This document shows positions 55,441 through 64,000 of a stretch of DNA of 64,000 nt, one piece after another. Source of the DNA: Lama glama (Eukaryota); assembly GCA_028534125.1 (NCBI GenBank), contig CM052837.1:620001-684000 (forward strand). The letters are read 5' to 3'. The first letter of the stretch is position 1. The number at the start of each line of letters is the position of its first letter. The notes beneath the pieces are model-generated. The model worked only from the letters and a program-made list of their open reading frames with translations, was not told the origin of the DNA and searched no databases. The position numbers and the translations under genes are program-made.

Positions 55441-56829
55441 TGGCCTGGTGAGGTGGGCAGAAGGGCAGCGTTGCCCCTCTTTACTCGTTCTTCTGTGAGG
55501 AATGGGGGCTCTCAGCTCGGGGCCCTGGTGGTTCAGCCTCAATCTCTGGGTCGTCCTTGGGCCCACTCGACCCTAGGAAGGTTTGCTGGAGGAGCAAGTG
55601 GTGGTGCTGACAGGGAACTTGGCTCTGCAGCCATCATCCAGGCCCTCGCCCAGCAGCCATTGAAGCCTCCTGCTGCAGAACAGTGGCAGCAGTGTGACCT
55701 GTGACCTGGCATTGGGAGAGCCAAGGGCCGCATGCAGATTTGGACTCTCTGTCCACCTGTGTTGCCCACGTGCCCTGAGGTCCCACCATGGGCTAAACTC
55801 CCTTCAACTGGGTTTTATATCCAAGGGGTGTCGGGGACACCCCTCCCCCAAGGGTCTGGAGCTGGGACTCGGGAACTCCTGGAGGGGCCGGGACCGGAGG
55901 GTAAGGAGGGGAGACGCAGGGCAGGGTGCTGGAGTGCCAGAGTGCAGAGCAGCCCCAGGACGGGGACACGGGCTGTCGACTGCCAGGGAGGCACCTCCCT
56001 GACCCGTCTTCACCCCTTTCTCACCAAAGTCCCGTTCTCTGCTCTGAAGGTTCATGTGATTACATCTAGGGTCCCCCTGCCCAATCTCACAGTCCTTCTT
56101 CACATCTGCAGAGCCCCTCCCTTCCCCTGAAAAGAACCAGTCACAGGTTTGAGGCTTTGGGTATGGGCCTCTCTGGGGCCATTGTTGTGTGGGCCCCGGG
56201 GGCGTTGGGGAGAGGAAGGCCCGCTGCTGGACCTGAGACAGACGGGTGTCCCTGCGACCCGCAAGGAGGCATGCGGAGAGCTGGGGGGGCCTCCAGGGGC
56301 CTCAGCGCAGCTGGCTCACAGGCGCTTACCTTCACCCTCCTCCTCAGGGAAGGTCTCGCGCTGAGCTCAGCTCCCCCACCCAGCAGACCTGAGACAAGGG
56401 TCGGAGTGCTTGGCATCTGGGGAGGGTACCGGTGAGAGGCACATGCTCCTGTGGACAGTGTGACCAGGGCACCCTGCCCACACCCTGCAGCTCCGCCAGG
56501 GAGACAGACCACAGCCTCTGCCGCAATCAGCCCAACGGTCCAGCCGGGTCAGCAACCTCCAGCTTCCCTAATTTTGTCCCCATTCTGCCCTGGCATCACC
56601 CAGCGAAGAAAGCCCTGCGTGCCCCGCGTCTGGTCACCCGCCTCCCGCGCCCCCGCCCGCCTGAAACTTCCCTTTCCCGTCGTAGAGTTTCCCACTCCCC
56701 TGCCTGCGTGCGTCTCTGCCCCGCGGGGACGGGGACGGTGGCTGAGCCCCCCTTGCTGTCAGAAGCTCCCAATAAGTAGCTTTTGCTTGTTCTCTTTGGG
56801 TGGTCGTTGTTTATTTCCAGGCCGGGGGC

Positions 56830-57012
56830 CGTGGGTGGAGCCAAGGGTGGGGTGGGTGGGGCCTGGGTGGAGAGTGGGTGGGGCCATGGGTGGGGTGGGG
56901 CGGGACACAGCCCCTGTGGGTGGGGCCATGGGTGTAGAGTGGGTGGGGCCTGGGTGGAGAGTGGGTGGGGCCATGGGTGGAGTGGGGCGGGACACAGCCC
57001 CTGTAGGTGGGC
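56830..57012. repeat. G-rich tandem duplication (period about 87 bp) built from GGGTGGGG units
   Basis: gtgggtggggcctgggtggagagt starts at 56852 and again at 56939. Confidence 0.85.
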
Positions 57013-57794
57013 TGATGAGCAGGTTCTCGCTGGGCAGCTAGGGGTCTCAGAGCAGGCCTGGGGGATGAGGAAGCTGCTGGGCTGTGGGCTGAGGGCAGGG
57101 GCGGTGCAGTGTTCCCCCAGCCGCACATCGTCGCAGTCAGGCACTGCGATGTGGGCAGGGTGACAAGAGCACCTGCCTCCAGTCTCCTGCAGCTTCCAGG
57201 TAGGCTCTGGGTTCTCAGGGACGCTCATCAGAGCAGCCCCGCAAGCTTGGTGAAAACGCAGACTGTTCCTGCGTGAACCCCCATTCCTTGGGCCTGGATG
57301 TGGGGCTGGGAGTGAGCATTTCGAAGCTCCCGGGGTCCAGGTAGACCCTGGAGAACAGCTGGGTCTCCACCGCCCACCCCACGGCCCTGGTTTGCCCTCC
57401 TCCTGGTTTCAGAAGACGTTTGCTGATTTGAGTGGAGGGAGACGGCTTCTCTGCCTCAGTCCCCCTCGGAGGACCCATTTATTACAGTCCCTTAGGCGCT
57501 AGGAGTACTTCACCTTGGGTGTCTGTGACCCTCGGCTGGGTCACTGGGCTTCACGCTGACGTGGGTAACACATTTCTCTGGCTTTCCTTCTGCTGTCAGT
57601 TTGCATAGCCCTTGTGTGGAATCTCCAGAGTGCAATTTCACGACCCTGGGTTGGTCTTTCTTGAGCTAAGCCCCTTTGTGCAGGTGAGCCGAGGTTGACT
57701 TCACCAACTCCCTCACCTTCGTCCCATTTTTGGTGGCTTTTTAATCTTGAAGTGTTGACCCTCTGGCCCCGGGGCTGGTTGGACTTACACATCA

Positions 57795-57845
57795 TGTGTG
57801 GTGTGTTTGTGTGTTTGTGTGTGTGTGTGTGTGCATGTTTGTGGT
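57795..57845. repeat. Degenerate (TG)n microsatellite
   Basis: Read directly from the sequence. Confidence 0.8.
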
Positions 57846-58256
57846 GGGTGTCAGTGTCCAAGAACCTTGAATCCAGGGCCAAAGGGGTGATCATGAAACT
57901 CAATTCTTCACTTGATTTCTTCAACACCCTTTTTATTGTAATGATTTTCAGAAAAGTTGAATGAATTGTTCCATGGACACTCATGTGTCACCCCGGAAGC
58001 CACAGGTAACTTTCTCTGCATTGGCTTTATCCACCATGCATCAATTCGTCCTGCTGTTTTTGCACAGTTGAATGCCAGGGGCCTCATCCTGCCCAATGAC
58101 AGCGTGGCCTTGGTTTAAACTCCCCTGGAGGCGGGAGACTCACTGCCTGCTCAGGCTGTTCCGTCACTCCAACTGTCACGTCACAGGGCCAGGCTCCATT
58201 TCTCCCAGGCATACTCTTCAAAAGAAGGCGTTGAAGGGAATTAAGAGTCAGCACCT

Positions 58257-58350
58257 GGGGAAGGGGATGGCTCAGGGATAGAGAAAGTGCTTAGCATGCA
58301 CAGGGTCCTGGGTTCAATCCCCAGTCTCTTCATTAAAAAAAAAAAAAAAA
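58257..58350 (+). mobile_element. Camelid-type tRNA-derived SINE with poly(A) tail
   Basis: GGGGAAGGGGATGGCTCAGGGATAGAG...GCTTAGCATGCACAGGGTCCTGGGTTCAATCCCCAG, a poly(A) run, and aagagtc on both flanks. Confidence 0.85.
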
Positions 58351-59221
58351 GAGTCCAAACCCCGTGGGATTGTTAGAGCTGTGCTGGGCCCGCTGCAGGG
58401 CTTCTGGTCCAGGAGTCCTGGAACGTGTGGCCCTAGCCAGCCCCCAGTGAGGTGGACAAGCTGAGAACTGCTAGGTGCACTGTTGCAGCCCCTCAGAGGT
58501 ACAGTTATCCCTAAAATGATCCTCAGCCAGAATCTTGGGTGGCCCTTGGAACAGGTGTGAACACATGCTCGTGGCCTGTGGGTGCCACTGTCTCTACCCT
58601 GATAGGCCGTGCCAGCTCCTCTCCCGGCTGCCCCGGTGCCCCGGCTGCTGGCCGTGGGGCAGGCACCTTCACTGCTCTGTGGTTTCCCCTGCAGGCTGCG
58701 TGGCTCCGCAAGTCAGACGTGGGCCAGCCCAGCGCCTCTCTGTGGCACTCCTGCTGCCTGGGTGTCCACTGGCTCCCCTGACTGGCAGGGGATGGGGTCC
58801 TGGCCAAGTCCCTGGAGAGAGGCGGCATGATTAGGCCTGGATGGGCCATGGCCCCAACACCCTTTCTTTGCTTAATGTATTTCCTCATTGCCCAAAGCAA
58901 AACGTTCTGTAAAAATGTGTGTGTGCCTCTGAGAATGCCTTTGCCTCTTTCTGCAGACAGGGGACGCCATCTTTCACACTGTGCTGTTGCAAAGTGAGTC
59001 ATTAAAGGAAAAGGAAACGTGTTAATTGTGATGGCATATTGGTACCTACGTGGACGGCCAGGCTGGGGACCCGTATGAATTTCATTCCTTTCTCTCTGCA
59101 TTTGGGGTTTGGCTTGAACTCAGCGGCCTCCTCGGCCACAGTGAGTGTTCCCTGCTCACAGGGCGTGGGGTGTGCCAGGCCGACTCCAGAGGCGCCCCGA
59201 GACCTCCCCCAGGCCCCCAGC

Positions 59222-59555
59222 CTGTGACGGGGCAGGGCTGGCCCCGTGGTGACGGTGCTCACAGGGCCAAGGGGATTTCCCCTGTGCAGGCGTCCTCTGA
59301 CCTTGGAAGTGGGAGGTCACCCCGGCGGGCCTGACCTCATCACACGAGGCCCAGTTCCTGGACTTGATGAGGGTGTGATGCGTGAGGAGCCCTGCGGGGC
59401 CCAGGACAGCCCTTGGCTGACGGCCACACGGAGTCGGGCCTTGTCTTGCAACACAAGGAACTGGGCTCTGCCTCCGGGAGCCTGGTCGGGGCCTCCCCGG
59501 AGCCTCTGGAAAAGCAGAGGTGGTGGACACTTGATCTGGGCCATGAGCACCCAGC
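59222..59555 (+). mobile_element. MLT1E/F-like LTR relic
   Basis: gggcctgacctcatcacacgag, acaaggaactgggctctgcc and gacacttgat. Confidence 0.55.
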
Positions 59556-62500
59556 CTCACCCTCCAGGATGTCCAGGCTGTGTGATGACAGAGTCTGGGT
59601 GCAGCGTGCATAGCTGCTGCCTGGGCCCCTTCCACCCGCCGCCCACTTTCCAGGCTCCACCGGAGAAGCTGGGAGGGGCGGATGCTTCTCCCTGTAGCTT
59701 CCTGGTTGCGTCTGGAAGACGGCCCCCGAGCAGGACCCCTGTCCATGCTGCGCACCCTCTGCGGGCCGTGGCGCCCCTTGCGGCTGCAGTGACACCTGGC
59801 TGGCGGCTCCCCGGCCAGAGGCTCCCGGAGGTGGACGGCGCCAGCAGGGAGGGGACAGGTCTGTGCCTGAGTGACCCGAGCGGGCGGAGACGTGGTCGCG
59901 GGCCGGGCTGGGGAAGGTGTGCTTGCTTCCAAGAGAAGGCGTCACCAAGGCAGCCAGCAAGGCGGTGTACGGTCCTCGAGTGCCGCTGTAATTCAGCCTC
60001 CAGCATGATTAGTGAGGCCCTTCTGGTGAGACGCGTGTGCCTTAAGCCCGAGGCTGTAAACCTAGTAGGAATTGGGTTCACTTCACGGGTCAAGACAGTT
60101 GTACTTTGAGAAATGTTTTCAACGTAACAGTAATTTTGACCTTTATGGGAAGTGTGACATGAGCATGTTTTTAGAGTGGATGTTCGCACCGGACACATTC
60201 TCCATTACCACCTTACCAGATTTCCTGAGTTGCTGCCCCAGTAGGTGGGTCAGGTGTTTCCAAAAAGCAATCACGTACTTTCATGCTCTGCAAGGACGGG
60301 TTATGCTAATGGAACAAGGTTCTCTGTTTCCTTCCAGGAGCCTCAAGAACACAGGGACGGGAGGGGGAGTCCCGCTGGCGGAGCTGGGGCCTGAGAGGGT
60401 GAGGGGTTTTTGGAGTGAGCTACTGTTGGGCCTTGTCTGAAGAGCTGTGACACTCCGGTCGGCCAGTGCCTGTCACCTGGACTGTGAGTCACTGCTTGGC
60501 TGTCCTGGGTTAGTCTTCCCCAGAGAAGAGGCTGCGCTTTGTTAAATGGGCAATCAGGCTCTCACAGGTGTTTTGGAGGGACTTGGTGCATCCCAGTCCT
60601 CCCGCCACTGCCTCCAGCAGCCAGGGCTTTCTGGCCCAGGAACGTCCCCAGATGTGTGGGACCAGCTCCCTGGCCCCCCACCCGTGGCCCCGTCGCCCAG
60701 CCCCTTGGGCCGCGTTCCCTGTCACTGCGGTGGGCTTGGACGGAAGCGCTATGAGCTGGGTCCCTGGGAGTGGGGGTCAGAGGAAGACAGGGACCCCCTC
60801 TCTTGACCGTTCCTGCAGTCGTGCTGGGCCCTTCCCGACACGGGCTGGCAGGACCCTGATGGATGACGAGGGAACTGAGGTCCTGGAACCCCAGCCAGGC
60901 CAGTGTGGACAGGAGCCTCTGTCTGCCTGCAGGGAGTCGGCCAGGTGATCGGGGGGGCAGCGTCCGCCCCTCAGCTGGGGCAACGGTCCTGCGTGGGGGC
61001 CGCGGGCCCGTCCCTGGGGAGGTGAATGCAGTGGAAGAGGGACTCTTGACTGAGAAGAAGGCGTTTCCAAGACATAGTTCAGGGGGATAAAGGGCAGGTC
61101 CGTGTGAAGTGGAGAAGCGAACGCGCTGGGATAAACACGGGGCGGGGCGGAGCGGCGATGTGGGGGGGTGGTTGAAGGGCCAGAGGACGCTTTTCATGGA
61201 ACCCGTCAGTGCTTCTACCGTTTTCCCTTTGTGTGTCTTACTTTTGAACGTCTTCTTTTTGTGGCTCAGGTTTGAGTAAAGTTGCTTGAATCCGTGCCGT
61301 GTGGTGTGGAGACCACGGCGATTTCTCCCAACATCACCCCCCGGGTGGGTGGGGGTGAGGTTCAGGGGCCATCCGGCGGCCGCCTGCCCCCGGCCCCGCT
61401 TTCTCCACTGTGAGCGGATGCTCCCCTGGTTCCCTTTCAGCGGTTCTTAAACTCCCCTGGCCTCAGACCCCCGAGGGCAGGACAGACTGCGTAAAGCCCA
61501 GGGCTCTGAGCAGGCCGCTCGGGACAGGCACCTGCCGGTGGCAGTCGCCCCTCAGGCCACGTGACTTTTGTCCAAGTACCAGCAGGGGTCCGGGGAGGGG
61601 GAGCCCCGTGTCCCCACTGGTGGTCCCGCACAGGGCCTGTCGCCCGTCTGGCCTCCCTGTTGTCCGCCTGTCCTGTCCCAGGAGGTGTATGAATGCCTGG
61701 GAAAAGGGAGGACGGGGAGGGGGTGATTGTCACGCTTCTGCAGAGCCTTGCAGGTGACTCCTAGGCCAGGCAGTGCAGCAGCTGCCTGGCGCCCCCACGT
61801 GGACCTTCTCTTCCGATGCAGAAAGAGGAGGCTGGTTTATGGGGGCTGGTGGGTGGCTTGGGTGGGCTCCCACGGAGGCAGACGCGAGGGACGAGGGCTT
61901 GAGTGACGTGGCTTCTCTGGGAGGGATCTCGGGCTGCCACAGGGGAGGAAGGAGCCATAGGAAGCTGCAGGCGGGGGCTCAGCCCACCTGGGAGCCGTCC
62001 GGGCCCAAGGCCTGAAGGGCTGTTCTGGGGGTCCAGGCTGGTCCCTTTGGCCTGACCCCACATTAGGAAAGCCCCCAGACGGGGTCTCCAGGGCCTGCAG
62101 CAGTGGCTGGGGCTGTGGACAGGGCGCCCACGGGGCAGGCCATCGTTCCTGCTGGGCAGCGTGGGAGTCCGGTGGCCAGTGTAGACCGTTCGAGTGAGCA
62201 TGGGGCAGAGCGCATTTAGAGGAGAACAGAAGTGTATTGCCTGTGCTTGTAGTCAGGTGGAGGACACGGGGACAGAGGCTGGACTGAAGCCACGTGCTCG
62301 GGATCCCCGTTCAGTAGAATGAACACAAGCCCTGCAGGATCCGAGTGTCAGCATCAGTTTCCCACAGTCACTTGGCAGCGCTCATGTCCCTAATTGCTAA
62401 ATATACGTGGTTACTGAAAATCTAAAGTAATAGCTTGTCAAGTCTGTGTTTAAGGCAGCAGAGGGTTCACCCTGTTAGTGGCTTGGAGACAACGAGCAAT

Positions 62501-63179
62501 CTTCAAATAGCTTGGTAAACAAAGGCCGCCTTGCACTTTTTAAGCACAAAGTTGCAGGCACTGCTCCGTTCCTTTCAGAGGCCGGCCTCCCAGCACTGCT
62601 GGGCATTTGGATCTGTGCCCACAAGCGCAGGGGCGGCGGCACTGCTTCACCAGAGGCGGCTCCTGGCCGCTGGTGGCGGCGGGGACGCCCTCACGGGAAG
62701 AGCAGAGCTGGGCTGCGGAGCGCGCTCCTTCCGCGTGCTCGCCGTGAGCGCTCCCGCTGCCGTGAGCCGGCACCTCTCCCCACCTGCCCGCAGCCTGGTT
62801 TCCTCTTAGGAAATTACACTGTCTCCGGGGGCAGGCGTGGCACGTGGTTCAGGCCAAGCCACTGGCTGTTTCTGCCACGGTATTTGCATCTCGAGTGAAG
62901 TGACCAAGAGCCACCTGCGGCTACCTGCATCCGCCCCAGGGACGGTGCACTGCAGCCCTGCCTTTCTAGTTCTCTCCTGTCCCCAGCCTCCCACTGAACA
63001 TACGGGCTTCAGACACCTTCCAGGGAATTCTCTGGGGTCCGAGCACACATCCTGGCTGACACACGTCACCACCCACAGCTGCTCTGTAATCTGTGGCTGT
63101 GACGGTCCTTTCATCTTTCTCACTTCTCGTTGACTCAATGCACAGGGTCCATGATCTGGGTTCGAGGACTCACATCCCA

Positions 63180-63447
63180 GCAGACATTGCCAGGGGTCTG
63201 CCCAGACCTCTGCGGCTCTCGCCAGCCGGACCCGCGTCTGCCAGCACCTGCGTTTCTCTGCCCCTCCAGCTTGGGAGCCCCAGACGTTGTGGGGCAGACA
63301 ACTGTCCCTGCTGTGCCCTTTCTGAAGTCCAGTCACTAGCACAGACCAGCAGGCCACCCTAAAATTAATGGCGTGAGGTGTGATGAAAATGTGCTTCATG
63401 TCGTTAACTTCAGGACGGTTGCTGTTCTGCACTTGCAGCTGGAACAG
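63180..63447 (+). mobile_element. Old MLT1 LTR 3'-end relic
   Basis: cagacaactgtccctgctgtgccctttctgaagtcc...gctggaaca. Confidence 0.4.
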
Positions 63448-64000
63448 GCGGGGCGGTGAGAGCTGAGAGCAGGAAGGGTGTCCCTGCTTCACCCCAGGGT
63501 GAGCGGACGTGGGGCAGCAAGGCCTGGGGGCAGAGACTGGCCCCAGGCTGGGCTGCGGCTCCACCCTCCCCCCTATCTGCACCGGGTGGGGGCGGCAGCG
63601 GGAAGCCAGCCTGTGTGGCCGAGCTCCGTGATTCACTGCAAACGTGCCCACATAAACGGTGCACCCAGGGAGCCCGTGTCTGCCGTAAACCCTCGCCGAC
63701 GGCGCTCCTGTAGTTCTACTCCACAGGGAGGCACGCCCTGTCCCCACACCTGTCCTTCCCTGAGATGGAAGGAGCCCTGGGCTGTCACATCTTAAAGAGG
63801 GGACTGTCCACCTGGAGAAACCGTAACCTGAGGACGTGTGCCTGGCCGCCCGCAGGTGTCGGGCTCAGCGCTGGGTGGGCGCCCCTGCTCTCGGGCAGGG
63901 AGGGGTGAGGGGGCGTTTACCCCCTGGCAGGCAGGGGCCCTTCCAGGGCAGGGCAGGGACCAACCCCAGAGCAGAGTCCCTGGTAGGGCCAGCGCTGGGT

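Noticed and set aside
1-64000. Hundreds of 60-300 aa ORFs in the six-frame track
   Set aside because: Many use GTG/TTG starts, overlap in all frames, and are Pro/Gly/Arg/Ala-rich. This is expected from high GC content. Only exon-containing segments match known proteins.
52400-64000. An additional gene upstream of CST7
   Set aside because: No recognisable coding exons or consistent splice chain. The region holds repeats and possible regulatory DNA only.

Overview
GC-rich mammalian genomic DNA, probably a camelid judging by its tRNA-derived SINEs. It carries the conserved ACSS1-APMAP-CST7 block. (1) ACSS1, mitochondrial acetyl-CoA synthetase, + strand: the last 12 coding exons (3-14 by human numbering) span 7845-18771, and exons 1-2 lie upstream of the window. 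(2) APMAP, + strand, complete: 9 coding exons at 22253-41008 encode 415 aa, behind a CpG-island promoter. (3) CST7, cystatin F, - strand, complete: 4 coding exons at 51883-44138 encode 145 aa, convergent with APMAP. All junctions are GT-AG with consistent phases. The rest is intronic or intergenic: SINE, L1, MLT/ERV LTR, Tigger and MER53 relics, minisatellites and one 100-N gap. Nearly all other ORFs in the track look like GC-rich noise. I cannot support a new multi-gene system here. The best leads are a 567-nt in-frame, stop-free CST7 intron 2 whose retention would rebuild the QxVxG motif, a similar ACSS1 intron 8, an ATG-initiated 324-codon antisense ORF in APMAP followed by three AATAAA, a 34-bp VNTR with T-box-like sites running into the gap, a MER53 miR-1302-like hairpin, and a compressed ACSS1-APMAP spacer with no canonical poly(A) signal. 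Comparisons to human genes and repeat consensuses are from memory, not from searches.
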